Positions 14,005 to 27,020 of a stretch of 64,000 nt of DNA are shown piece after piece (positions within the stretch are counted from its first letter, which is position 1; each line of letters begins with the position of its first letter). The DNA is taken from contig CM075982.1 of assembly GCA_038087875.1 (NCBI GenBank), positions 18,104,001-18,168,000 of the forward strand, given 5' to 3'. A program made the translations under genes and the position numbers. Source of the DNA: Malacoraja senta. Taxonomy: Eukaryota. Under the pieces are notes generated by a model that ran no database searches, was not told the origin of the DNA, and was given only the letters and a program-made list of their open reading frames with translations.

Positions 14005-14665
14005 AACAGAACGATGGAAGAACTCAGAATGCACTAATGAGTCAAGCAGCTCCTGCAGAGGCAAAAAATGGAATTTGACGTTTAGGGTCGGGACTGCATC
14101 AAGATTGAGAGGAAATAAAAAAAGTTGCCAGGAAATAACAGCACAAAGTGAGGTGGGACAGAGGCTGGTGGGTGATAGGTGCAACCATTGGTTCATGGGA
14201 GGGGATGATGGGATGAGGTGGGGCGAGGGGAGAATAAGGTGAGAAGAAACCTAGAAGGACAGGTGAGTCTGTGTGGAAGGAGAACACTGGGGTGCTGGTG
14301 TGTGGTGTAGGTTTGGAAATTAGAACAATTATTTTTCATTCCATTGCATTGTAAACTACCAGGCAGAATATGAGTGGTGTTCCCCAAAGTTGCAGCGGCC
14401 ATCTTGAGCTTTTGGTGGCATGGCACGTCAACATTTCCACTCCCACACTGAACTGTCTGCCCTTGGACTTCTCCATTGCTAAGGTCAGGCCAACATCCTC
14501 ATTGGCCTCTATCCCATCTGCCCTCGCACTCCTATTTATTGAAAATCTTTCCTATCCCCTCTCAATCCTGATGCAGGATCTCAACCCAAATCAATGACCC
14601 ACTGAGACCTTCTGCCATTCTAATTTATGTTCTACATTCCAGCATCTGCAGTGTCTTTTGTCTTT
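14005..14665. mobile_element. Old Penelope fragments in inverted arrangement
   Basis: Terminal motif on the minus strand at about 14020-14110 and on the plus strand at about 14560-14665, with a GIY-YIG C-terminal remnant between them. Confidence 0.6.
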
Positions 14666-15263
14666 AAACAAGAAAGCATTGAGCACTATGCTTTATGCTG
14701 GTGTCCAATGAGGCTATTTGTTATTTTGGTTTTGGTTACGTAAATAATTTTGGTTACGCAAATAATTTGAATCCAACATGAAAGACCAAAAGTAACATTT
14801 ACAGCAGGCAAATAAGCTGGTGGAACCTATTCTAGGTAACAAATACATTGTGATGGTGGGCAATAAAATTCCCAATCCCTTTGTGTACTTGCGTCCAATT
14901 GGTCAGGAAAGAACTTTATTCAGTTGGTCAATTTTATGTAACCATTTGATAAGAATAGGTTCTTGAATTTTTATTATTATACATTTATTCAACATTTTAA
15001 ATTAGGCATTAGAACTATAGAAATGAAAAGATAAAGAGAAAAGCTAAAAAGACAAATGTGGGAAACTGAGTTCTACAGGGCTGTGTAACTAGATTATTTG
15101 GCATTATCATGAACTCTGCACCAAACCCTTGTAACAATATATGAATAAGAATCACCATGGTACAACATCTAGCATTCAGGCCATCTCTGTGAGCAAGAAG
15201 CAGCTTATATCAAAGGCTGAATCCCGAGTCCCGCTAGGATAATCATGAATAATTTAAACATAC

Positions 15264-15314
15264 CGCCTTCTTTGTTTGCTTCTGTCTTTGCGTTTGGTTT
15301 TAGGGCTTGTAGAC
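15264..15314 (-). CDS. SRRM3: SRRM3 coding exon (~exon 9), 51 nt, phase 2-2: STSPKTKRKDRSKQRRR
   Basis: ttttctccgtag|GTCTACAAGC...AGAAGGCG|gtatgt. Matches human SRSSKCKRKEKNKEKKR in length and composition. Confidence 0.9.
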
Positions 15315-15989
15315 CTACGGAGAAAATTAATGAATAAAAGTCAGGGGAGTAAAATTATATGACCCAATATGTGTGTAGACTTCCTTAGGAGTACTTTAGA
15401 TTTCAGACTTCCTTCGGAGCAGATTTCAACAGTATGTGTAGTTAAAATAACCTTTCCCCCCCCCCACCAAGAGAATAATACTGCTACTCATTATGATAAA
15501 ATGTGGCAAATTTTGATGAACAATATACTTTACCACAATTTCCTTGCAACACCTGCATGAAGTACTTCCAGGTCAAAGGGGAGTTGCTTCCATTCATGAG
15601 ATGCAGCATTAAATTTCATGAATGGAACAATTCTATTAGGCAACAATTTTAATTGGATTAATGACCACCCATTATGATGGACATTTACCATTTAAATTGC
15701 GACATAATGCACGCAATTAAGATATTCAAGAAGGTATAATTTTTAATTATTCATGCTTAATATCTACAGTAAGTAGTTATTGCACTGAAGCATGGGTACA
15801 CAAAATGTTGGGGCAGGAACAATCAGGGTTTGCTGAAGACAGTGCCAACATATTTTTGTATACAATAGTATAAAACTATTTCTGAACTTCTGAAACACAT
15901 GACTTTAATTTACTGGGTATGTCACCTAATCCTGGAGTCCCCTAATACTTTGAAAATCAAATCAATTCCTATAGAGGAGTTCATAGATG

Positions 15990-17995
15990 AAATGGACAAT
16001 CGTTTAGGATAGCTGAATATAATTAAACCTAGTCACAACATGATTTTACAAAAGGTAAATTATGTTTGGCAAATCCACTTGAATTCTTTGAGGACATAAC
16101 AGAGAGAGTTGATGGAGGAGAACATGTATCTTTAGTGTAAATTCACAAAGGGCATTTGACAAGATGCCACATAAAGGCTTGTGCATAAATTAAAGGCCCA
16201 TAGAACCAGAGAAAGTGTGTTAGAAAGGATTGTAAACTGGCGGTCTCATAGAAAACAGAGATAGACACAAAATGCTGCAGTAACTCAGCGAGACTAGGCA
16301 GCATCTCTGGAGAGAAGGAATGAGTGGCGTTTCAGGTCAAGACCCTTCTTCAGTCTGGCAGGTGCTGATTAGTGGGGTGCCGCAAGGCTCGGTGCTGGGA
16401 CACCAGTTATTTACAAGATATATTAACGATTTAGCCGAGGGAATTAAATGTAACAGCTCCAAGTTTACGAATGACACAAACCTGGGTGGCAGTGTGAGCT
16501 GCAAGGAGAATGCTATGAGGCTGCAGGGTGACTTGGATAGGATGGGTGAGTGGGCAGATGCATGGCAGATCAAAATAATGTGGATAAATGTGAGGTAAAT
16601 GGGTGTGGATGGAAGCATGCAGGTACAGCAGGCAGTGAAGAAAGCTAATGGCATGTTGGCCTTTATTGCGAGACGATTTGAGTTTAGGAGCAAGGAGGTC
16701 CTACTGCAGTTGGACAGGGCCCTGGTGAGACTGCACCTGAAGTATTGTGTGCAATTTGGGTCTCCTAATTTGAGGAAGGACATTATTGCTATTGAGGGAG
16801 TGCAGCATATTTTCACCAAGTTAATTCCCGCGATGGCGGGACTGACATAGGATGAAATAATAGGTCGACTGGGCTTGTATTCACTGGAATTTAGAAGGAT
16901 GAGAGGGAATCTTATAGAAACATATAAAATTCTTAAAGGTTTGGACAGGCTAGATACGGGGAAAAAAATCCCAATGTTGGGGGAGTGCAGAACCAGGGGT
17001 CACAGTTTAAGAAGAAGGGGTAGGCCATTTAGGACCAAGATGAGGAAAAACTTTTCACCCAGAGAGTTGTGAATCTGTGGAATTTACTGCCACATAAGAC
17101 AGTGGAGACCAATTCACTGGATGCTTTCAAGAGAGATTTAGATTTAGCTCTCAGGGCTAAATGAATCAAGGGATATGGGGAAAAAGCAGGAACGGGGTAC
17201 TGATTTTAGGTGATCAGCCATGATCATATTGAATGGCTGTGCTGGCTCAAAGGGCTGAATGGCCTACTCCTGCACCTATTTTTCTCTGTTTCTATGTTTC
17301 AATTTTGTGGCTATCTTTCATTTAAACAAGCATCTTCAGTTCTTTCCTACTCATAGAAAACAGAGTTCAAATAAATATGTACTTTTTTCACCGGAAGGAG
17401 GTAACTAGTGGAAAACCTCAGGGAGCAGTTCTTGGCCGCAATTGTTCACTATTTATATTAATGATCTGAAGGGAGATGTTGTAAGCAAAATTTCCAAATT
17501 TGTTGATGGTACAAAAAATAGACGGAAGGCCGTATTATGATAGTGCAACAGGATACAAGTATATCGAGTGAATGGGCAAAATACTGGCAGATGTAGTTTA
17601 ATGTGCGGAAGCTGTATACATTGGTAAGAGGCAGGTTATTATCTAAATGGCGAGAGACTGGAAATGATTGAAGTTCAGGGAGACATAGGTGTAATAGTAA
17701 GAGAACTAAAAAATGGGTTAGGATCTCAATGAAGGGACTACAAATGAGAAGGCAAACAACATTTTGTCTTTCAAGGGATTGGAGTTTAAAAAAGGTAAGT
17801 TTTGTTGCCGCTTTATAGGATAATGATGAGGCCTCACCTGGATTACTGCATACAGTTTTAGTCCACTGAACTAAAACTGAAGAAATAGTAACTAGAGACA
17901 TTACAAAAGATATTCGCTGGCTGATTCCGGGAATGAGAGGTTGTCCTAACAATTTAGACTAAATAGCATGGGCCTATATTCCTTGGAGTTTAAAT
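15990..17995 (+). mobile_element. Nested insertion: old CR1 RT, split by a Penelope-derived mini-element (16261-17349), itself split by a younger CR1 (~16356-17300)
   Basis: Exact 16-bp TSD ctcatagaaaacagag at 16245-16260 and 17350-17365. Young CR1 translates as SGVPQGSVLG...YINDL...LQGDLD and KKANGMLAFIAR...YSLEFRRMRG. Confidence 0.88.
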
Positions 17996-19164
17996 TCCTC
18001 TTTGGGAATAACACAACAGCCATAAATAACATTGTTCAAATTGTTTGATAATCATGCATTGCATGGCATAGAGGTAATTATTTTTATTTGCCACTGTCCA
18101 CGGCCAATAAAGGTTTTTCTCAAGCATACCATCCTGAAATGCATCACCTTAGCAAGCTTGCAAAGAAGGTACCACAGGATATGGAACAATGCCAGCAGTT
18201 GTCACACCTGTGTAAATGATCTCTACAGTGAAAAATGTTAAGTGTCCAAATTGAGAATGCGTTAGGTAACTGCTTATACCAAACTAAAATCACAACATCT
18301 GTTTATCAAGCTAAACACCATTTAAACCATATTGTAAATGGGCTTTGATTATCTAGGCCCAATGGTGAAGTCTATGGCCTAAGTCTAGGCCCTATGGTGC
18401 AGGCCCTGTGCTGAAGTCTGATCATTGGAAGGCAGCTCCATTTCCTTTACAGTCCATGCAGATATCCTTGATGACCCACTTGAAACTCTGGCCCTAAACA
18501 GGGTGGCTTCAGACTATTGCCCTCAGTTAATCAAAAGACAGTCTAAGATGGCTGGCAATGGGCTAGTGATGATTGTGTCGCCCAGCAGATCATGGGGGAG
18601 GTTGACTCAGAAGCCTTTGCTGGGATAGAGTAACACACTGAACCTACACACCAAGAACCTGTTTGAACATTCAGACATAATGCTGAGCTGGTTGATAGAC
18701 ATCCCATCCCCAAATCACCTGTAGATGGGAGATTAATTCACATGTTCTGGTTCTCAGTAAGAATAAGGGGGCAATCTGTTTTAGCATGGCAAACCTCCAC
18801 TGATGGAGAATAGCTGATCACCCATGTATAGCATCCCCTCGCTGCTTGAGAATCCTGCCTCATACCAGCAATCTATTTACACGTGGCATTGCTTTTGTAT
18901 TGAAATGTTGATCTATCTCTGACCCTGAGGAGCTCGTGCTATTCCTGTGTGACAGCTACCAGACCTCTAATAATTTCAGTGTGAAACTGTATCGAAGTAG
19001 AAAGACTTTGTGGCCTCCTCCTGTATCAAACATCTAGCTCCCCAACAAATATACATAGGCTCTTGATTCCTGACTCTGTGCCTTCTCTTGCAAGAGGCCA
19101 GAGGTGACCTTCTCTATGATCCTCATCATCTCCAGCAATTTGGGCATGCAGGCCTGATAATATC

Positions 19165-19345
19165 TTCACTATCCCACTTACATGCATTTGGCCCATATCC
19201 TTCTAAACCTTTCCTCTCCATGTACTTGTCTAAGTGTCTTTTAAATGCTGTTATAGTACCTGCCTCAACTACCTCCTCTGACAGCTTGTTGCATATACCC
19301 AGCGCCCTCTGTTTGAAAAGGTTGTCCCTCGGGTTTTTAATGATT
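19165..19345 (-). mobile_element. CR1 3' fragment
   Basis: catttggcccatatccttctaaacctttcctctccatgtacttgtctaagtgtcttttaaatg. Confidence 0.75.
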
Positions 19346-20989
19346 CTAAAACAACTTTAGAACGTAGAATAGGTCTTTCAGCCCACAATATCTATGTCAA
19401 GTACATCACTACCTGTGATGTTACTCTCAGGGAACTGTACCTGGACTCCTAGAGCACTCCGCTCTACAACACTCTGTATTATGTGTTGCTTCTCCTGCTC
19501 TCTACCCTGTACTAGTGAGGGGAGAAATATAGTCTCTCCTCATAGCCTAGAATGATAATAAGGAAGAATTGCACATGTTAGCTGTGCTCACATCATAATA
19601 GTTTTGAAACAGCACACGTGCTACGGAGATGGATACTTCAGCTCAATACAAAATGGAAGTAATTACAACAATGAAATACTATTAATATACTTAGTAGATT
19701 GCACATAGCCTCTGTTTGTAAGGTGATTTTGATCTTTCTGGCTATGAGTAAAGGATCACATCCTACAATTGATTGAGACACTGTGTCTGGAATTTGGGGT
19801 GGGATGGAGACCTCCATTGTGGATGGACTCCCTCCTATTCATTACTGTTTTGCCAAAATAAAAATAATAAAAGGGTGCCAAATCACCTTTCTGTTACCTT
19901 CTTAATTTGTGAAAGAATTAGGTCGGTGAGAGTGGTGTGGGAGAAAATAGGTTTCTAGGTCAAGGCCATTTTATTGTCACATGTAGCAATTAAGGTACAG
20001 TGATATTTGAGTTACTGTTTTTGTGGTTTGAGTAACAGATTGTGCAAGTGTTTGTGTGCTTGCCTGTATGTATTCTACATGTGCTTGCCTGTCTCTCGAT
20101 AAGTGTGTTGGTACGAAATATTTATTTTACACTGAAACTGAAACTTAGAGAGTTTGTGGAATTTCATGAGACATTGCTGATTGAGAAAGGACCCCTAGAG
20201 AAACAACTTGAGCATCCATCTGTGAAGCCTCCACCATCATTCCCTGTGCACCATGCCTGTCTCTCGCCATGCATTGTACTGGAAAGCACTTGTGTTCATT
20301 TCTACTTCATGGGAATCACAGTATAGTTTGTTGTTGTCTGGTCACCATGAGCAATGAGTCATCACTGGCAGACTCCCTTTTCTGATTACTGGGCAGTAAA
20401 GTGGTAGCAACTGCAACTTAACCCTGCCCTTTCAGAATTGTGAAGGTTATGTATTTAGCGCTTCTTGCTGTGTACAGAAATCTTTATACCTCTGCATCCT
20501 TGTTTTGACCAATTTTTTTTAGGGCAATCTGCAACATGGTTTAGTTACAACAAAAAAAGTGGAACTGAATTTCAAGGCAACAATTGCCATCAATTTAACC
20601 ATAATCTCTAGATTTAACTTGACTGCACCGTTTGTTTAATATTTTGATTGTGTTCTGATTATTTATTGTTTGATGGTACTTCATGGATTCTATTGTTGCA
20701 ACATGAGATTAGAACTGATTAAAGTGCCAATGGCACAGAAAAGGGGCACTGCAGTAACATACCGTTCTTGCTCTACCTAGTTTAAACTATCATCACAATA
20801 ATTGCAAGTCACAATTACTTCCTTCCTGTGTTATATTTTAGTAAAAGAAGTGGAGCAAATAAGTAATTTGTAAAACATTTAACCAATCCACGATCATACA
20901 ATCGGACTTTCAAGTAAGAACATAATGAATCAGAAATTCTGTTACTGACTGGAAATTAAAAAATTGCACCATTCTTTCTCCACTTATTT

Positions 20990-22500
20990 TGTTCTGTCTC
21001 ATACATGAGAACAGAAAAAAAGCTTTTTGCACCTGTTTCATCTTTGAGCATGGCTGATCCATTGCTTTCTGCCTTAGATATGTTCAGTTACTGATCCTTC
21101 ACATCTCTCCAAGGTACAGAGTTCCAATTTGCTTTATAATCTCTTATTTGCTACCTGATTGAAAGTCTTTGGACAGTCCAAATTCACCATATCCAATCAT
21201 GTGCTCTTATCTATGCTGCTATTTACAATATCTAAAAGCCTTAATAGATCTACAAATGTCCTCATCCCGTTCCAAATCCCCTCTTCCAATCGCATTATTT
21301 TCAAAGAGTCAAGTTACCATTTCCTTATTAATAGATTTGCCATTTGCTCTATGATGTCAGGCTAACTGATCTCTAATTCCCAATTATCTTTCTCTCTCCT
21401 CTCTTCAATGCTGGGGTTATATTTGCATTCTTCCAATTTCTGGGAACCACTCAAGAATCAATGGAAATTTGGAACATGACAACCAGTGCATGCACCATCT
21501 CAATCAGCATCTCCTCAACAATATTGCAATGAGGGGCTTCAGACACTGGGGATATATCAGCCTTCAAACCCATTAACTTCTCCTTTACATTTTTAAAACT
21601 AATATTTCCCAGTTATTCTAAACCAACTGTTCTTCCAAGAAGACAGACACAAATAATTACTCTGCTATGTAGACAATAGACAATAGACAATAGGTGTAGG
21701 AGTAGGCCATTTGGCACTTCGAGCCAGCACTGCCATTCAATGTGATCATGGCTGATCATCCCCAATCAGTACCCCGTTCCTGCCTTCTCCCCATATCCCC
21801 TGACTCCGCTATTTTTAAGAGCCCTATCTAGCTCTCTCTTGAAAGCATCCATTTATTTATTCCCTGATAGAAATTTCCCTTGTCTCAGGCTGAAAGGAGT
21901 TCTCTCTATGTTTGGTATTTTACATGTCTACAACAGCTTTTACACATTTTTAAGCTTCTTGTTAGATCTCAAGTTCAACTTTCTTATTCCTTATTAATAC
22001 CTCAGCCCTCCATTGCCAAATTTGGATATTTCCTCAATGTTCAAGACTTTTCATTTTTGGCAGCATTGTAAGACTTTATCTTTGATCCAATATTACCTTT
22101 AAATGTTCCTGTCAGCCATGGTTGGACCCATTTACCAATTTATTTTTAGTGCCTTACAAGAGATATATAATTTGTTGTAATCTATGAAATAATGAAATAA
22201 TTAATTATTTAAATAGTTTGTTTACTGTTGGACATTTAATGTAGACTCCCAATTTACCACAATCTGCTTGTGCCTCATACCTTTGTAGTTTGCTTTGTTT
22301 AGATTTAATACTAATTTTGGACTAAATTAAATAAATTCCCATCTTTGTATAAAATTCTACCATATTTTCATCAGTCTTCCCTAAAATCCCCTTAACCACA
22401 AAGTTATTTAGTTAACTTCTCACTGCAAAATACTAGATCTAAATAACCTGTTCTCTAATTGGTTTATTGACATATTTATCCATAAAACAATCTTGTACGA
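20990..22500 (-). mobile_element. Old degenerate CR1 body
   Basis: Reverse-strand CR1 ORF2 signatures (gtcaggctaactgatctctaattccc, ttccaatttctgggaacc, gtcagccatggttggacc). Confidence 0.6.
21672..21850 (-). mobile_element. Young CR1 3' end nested in the older CR1
   Basis: (AGACAAT)3 tail followed by the reverse complement of the 3' UTR seen at 4440-4615 and 30232-30406. Confidence 0.9.
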
Positions 22501-22638
22501 AGTCCTGGGACAAAGAAGATTTCTGCAGCATAGACGACCAGCCGATGCCCATAATCCCAATAGCACTAGTTGTGTGATCATTGACAGTAGGCAGCTAATG
22601 AACCTTTACAATGGTATCCAATGATTTTCTATGCTTAC

Positions 22639-22675
22639 CTATGCTTCCTCTTTTTTTCTGGAACCTGAATCAGAC
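22639..22675 (-). pseudogene. SRRM3: Disrupted SRRM3 exon (~exon 8, SDSGSRKKRKH): acceptor reads GG instead of AG and there is one extra A (37 nt instead of 36)
   Basis: Minus strand reads cttatacgg|GTCTGATTCAGGTTCCAGAAAAAAAGAGGAAGCATAG|gtaagc. The donor is intact. The A7 run shifts the frame to ...AGA AAA AAA GAG GAA GCA TAG. Confidence 0.8.
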
Positions 22676-23154
22676 CCGTATAAGATGAGAAGTGACTGAG
22701 TGTAGGGGTTTGCTCGATGTAGTCTTGAGCACAATGCTCTTTGATTGCTCCACAAAGAAAATACTTGCAAAATATATTTAAGATTCCATGTATCAAGGAT
22801 ACTTAAACAAGTGGTTTATTTCAAAGAGATTAAGACATTCTCCTAGTTTTTTTTATCACCGGATCACAACATTAGGCAATTATTGTGGGTCACTTTTCCC
22901 ATTTTAGAAGACATAAATACAAAGACCATTTTCTTTAGTAAGAACAATTAACACGAGCATTTGGAAAAACCAATGATGCACAATGTTCATTTGGATATCA
23001 AAGAGCCACTTCACAATTTCTAAGTCCTACCTTTAATGTTCTGAGAAGAAAGGTTACTGACCTGAAATGATCACCATCTCATTCCACAATTGCTGCCTGA
23101 CCTGCTGAGTATTTCCAACATTTTAGATTTAATATATAATTTTGAATGTGACTT

Positions 23155-23985
23155 AAGAGTCAAAGAGCCATACAATGTGGAAACAAGCCCTTCAGCCCAA
23201 CTTGCCCACACCGGCCAACATGTCCCATCTATATTACTCCTACCTGCCTGCGTTTGATCCATATCACTTTAAACGTGTCTTATCCATGTACCTATCTAAA
23301 TGTTTCTTAAACATTGTGACTGTACCTATGTCAACTACCTCCTCCGCAGCTCCTTCCATACACCCACCACCCTTTGTATGAAAATGTTAGCCCTCAGGTT
23401 CCTATTACATCTTTCCCCCCTCACCTTAAACCTATGTGCTCTGGTTCTCAACTCCCCTACTCTGGGCAAGAGACTCTGTGCGTCTACCTGATCCATTCCT
23501 TTCGATGGATGATTTCGTACAACTCTATAAGATCACCCCTCACACTTCTGCACTCCATTGAATAGAATCCTAGCCTGCTCAACCTCTTCGTACAGCTCAG
23601 GCACTCGAGTCATGGCAAAATCCTCATAAATCTTCTCTGCACCCTTTCAAGCTTGATAAAATCTTTCCTAAGTGTCCAAAACTGAACACAATACTCTAAA
23701 TGCGGCCTCATCGACGTCTATACAACTGCAACATGACCTCCCAACTTCTATACTCAATACTCTGAGTGATGAAGGCCAATGTGTCAAAAGCCTTATCTAC
23801 CTGTGATGCCACTTTCAACACGATATGCACCTGTACTCCTAGATCCCTCTGCTCAACAACACCCCCCAGAGCCCTACCATTCATTGTGCAGGTCACGTCC
23901 ATGTTAGTGCTCCCAAATTGCACCATCTCACATTTCTCTGTATTAAATTCCATTAACCATTCCTCAGCCCATCTACTCAGCATGA
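23155..23985 (-). mobile_element. CR1 LINE 3' fragment
   Basis: ORF 23708..23983(-): WAEEWLMEFNTEKCEM...EQRDLGVQVH...YRSWEVMLQLYR. Confidence 0.9.
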
Positions 23986-24727
23986 GTTAACTTCCACATC
24001 ACATATGAACAAGTTATTCCCTATACAACATTCCTACTTTGTTGTGTGCCTGAGATGACTAAATTGTAATAATTCTGTGTTGAACTGGGATGCCACAAAG
24101 GTTAAATCTCATTACTTACCTGGTATATTTTGGGCATCCCACTAACATGGTACTGTATTCAACCAAATAATCTCTTCCAACAGCTAATCTCCTTGATCAC
24201 CAACTTTCTGATCTCCAAACTGACACTGGCACTGACCACAGATCTCCTATTAGACCCTTATTGGTCTTCAATCCCAACTGGACTCGAGATGTGACCAGAC
24301 ATCTTACTGCGGCCTTCTTCCCCTGACAGAGAATCTATTTTGGAAGCTGAAATGCTACCTTGGGAACCATTTACATTTGTAGTTGCAGACCACAACTTAA
24401 ATTAGCATGCCTTGCAACAGGGAGCCAAAATAAACAGAAACAACTGTCCATGGAACTCGATGGTATAAGAATTATCCAGATCCCTCACATTTCCTCATGT
24501 GCAAGGTTTTAAAAAAGATTGTCTGGAAACAGATTCAAAATTGCACTGTAATCTATTTCAAAATCTTGATGGTTCCTTTAACTTTCATTCAGATATTGTG
24601 CTGTGGCCAAGGATGTGAGAAAGACATTATGATTTTCTCCAGGGATTATGCAGCCGATCGATTCTGCATTAGATGTGCTATACCTAGAGGGGCTGGTATG
24701 ACTACAGAAGAACAGAAGCAACTCCAC

Positions 24728-24796
24728 CTGTCTCTCTTGTGTTTCTTCCCACTCTTCTTTTTTCTCTCTTTCCGTGATGATGAAGAACTTTCGCAA
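24728..24796 (-). CDS. SRRM3: SRRM3 coding exon (~exon 7), 69 nt, phase 2-2: CESSSSSRKERKKKSGKKHKRDR
   Basis: tttttcttcatag|TTGCGAA...GAGACAG|gtggag. Matches human CGSSSPLRKKKKSVKKHRRDR. Confidence 0.9.
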
Positions 24797-25494
24797 CTAT
24801 GAAGAAAAACAAAACATTTTAAATATAACAATTGTCTCTTTCTGAAAATACTTGCATCTAGTACAAGAAGAACCAACCAGGAAACAATACGTCAGAAAAA
24901 TAACTTGCTGGCTTTGCAATTTTATTTACAGCAGAGGAAGACAAATCAACAATTCTCAAGCTAGACTTCTCTACCCCTGGTGTATTTTTTTTGTGGCTTT
25001 TTATGTAAGCAAGTTTAATGTGCTGCGTTTCACAAAAATTGTCCGAGTCACGTTAAATTATAATCATAGCTTCCCAATAAATGAATGAGTGGGAAGATGG
25101 AAATAGAATTTGCAAAAGAGCAAAAGAAATTAAAGTTGTTCAGGGTGTCAGGAAGTTCCTCTTCATGCAAATGCTAATGGAAATCTGGAATGCTGTCTTC
25201 AAAAAGCACTGATGAAACAGGGAGTTCAAAACTGAGCTTGATAGCTTGTATGTAGAAGTGTATTAATGGATTTGAAACTAGAGAAGTAGACAGAGTTACG
25301 ATGTACATCAGTTTCGATATACTAAATGGAAGAACAGACTTGCAGAATATAAACAGACAATCATGGAAATACTCTACAGGTTGGGGAGAAAACATTAAGG
25401 TTACAGGTTGACTACATGCATGATAATTGGAAATGGTGAGAAAGCAAGCATGCTTTCAATTGTAGAGGTGGAAGTAAGAGTGGAGAGAACAAAT

Positions 25495-25760
25495 GGACTG
25501 GAGGTCATAGCCTCAGAATTAAAGGGCGTTCTTTTAGGAAGGAGATGAGGAGGAGTTTATATAGTCAGAGGGTGGTGAATCTGTGGAATTCTTTGCCAGA
25601 GAAGGCTGTGGAGGCCAAGTCAGTGGATATATTTAACGTAGACAGATAGATTCTTGATTAGTACAGGTGTCAGAGTTCAAGGGGAGAAGGCAGGAGAATG
25701 CGGTTAGGAGAGATAGATCAGCCATGGCCAATGGTGGAGTAGACTTGATGGGCTTAATAA
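25495..25760 (+). mobile_element. CR1 3' fragment
   Basis: gtcatagcctcagaattaaagggcg...gtgaatctgtggaattctttgcc...ggagtagacttgatgggc. Confidence 0.85.
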
Positions 25761-26379
25761 TAACATGAAATGGAATGCCTGTGGAAATTGTTTCCTTCCC
25801 TTCCCAATTGTATAAATAACCAAGCTCTCCCCTCACGAGTTTCAGCTTGGGCTAAAATCACATGTGTATGATGGGCCTGATAGAATCACAATATTGATAC
25901 AAACCGCACAGCAACAGACCTTTATAAAATCCAATCTATGTAGGCAGTGATAGAGAAATGAAACTGGAAAAATAAAAGTATTACAAGAGAAAAACACCTT
26001 TCCATTTCTTTAAAAAGGCAGAAATAGTTTACCATTATAAATTTTCTGATGCTTCTGAAATGCTCTTGCTCAATGCAGCCTTCCTCAGGATGTATCCTGG
26101 TTATTTTAATTAATTATTTTCCGCCAAAAAATGGCATGAACATCTTAATTGTTGTTTACATTTATTACCTCAATATCCAATCTTTTCCCTCTAGTCAGAC
26201 GGTTGAGTTAAGTGAGGATGGAGTGGGCACTTTACCTGTCTCATAGGGAACTGTCTGCTTGTAGAGTGTGTGGAATGGAGGTAGTAGAAACCTTTAATAT
26301 ATTTCCTTTGAGGGTAACAATATTGCTCGCAAGTTGAAAAATGTCCAACCACACTTCAGATGTTTTAAAAGATTCAAAT

Positions 26380-26690
26380 TGATTTTTCACGCAAAGGATG
26401 GTAGGTGTATGGAATGAACTGCCGGGGGAGGTAGTTGAAGTAGGTACTATCACAATGTTCAAGAAACATTTAGGAAGGCACATGGATAGGACAGGTTTAG
26501 AAGGATACGAGCCAAATGCAGGCAGGTGGGACTAGTGTAGATGGGACATGTTGGCCGGTGTGGGCAAGTTGGGATGAAGGGCCTGTTTTCATGCTGTATG
26601 ACTCTATGACTCTATGATTCAGATTCAGATTCAGATTCAACTTTATTGTCATTGTGCAGTGTACAGAATAAGCAACAGTACACAGCAAAG
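26380..26690. mobile_element. CR1 3' end (+) abutting a reverse Rex/L2-type tail with (ATTCAG)n
   Basis: tggaatgaactgccggggg...ctctatgactctatga, then attcagattcagattcagattcaactttattgtc. Confidence 0.8.
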
Positions 26691-26779
26691 AGCATTTAAT
26701 GACTTGCTCATTCAAGCATTTCGATAGGACAGTGTCACTTTTTCTATAGATGACCTCCACTTTGACCTTCTCACACTTA

Positions 26780-27016
26780 AGGGCCTGTCCCACTTTCACG
26801 ACCTAATTCACGACCTCTGCCGAGTTTGCCCTTGACTCATACTCGCAACATGGTCGTCACGAGGTCGTAGGAGGTCGTAGGTAGGTCATAGCAGGCCGTG
26901 ATGGTAGTCGTAGGTACTCATGGCATCAAGTAGGTCGGGCCGTTTTTCTCGCATGATGAAAAATGTCCACGAGAAAAAGAGGTTGTGAATTAGGTCGTGA
27001 AAGTGGGACAGGCCCT
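26780..27016. mobile_element. PIF/Harbinger-type MITE (237 bp, 39-bp TIRs, TTA target-site duplication)
   Basis: Left TIR agggcctgtcccactttcacgacctaattcacgacctct; the right TIR is its reverse complement with one mismatch. TTA at 26777-26779 and 27017-27019. Internal GTCGTAG repeats and no coding capacity. Confidence 0.9.
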
Positions 27017-27020
27017 TTAC

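Noticed and set aside
24441-24461. RE1/NRSE-like CTGTCCATGG
   Set aside because: Only about 13 of 21 positions match and the GTGCTGA half is missing.
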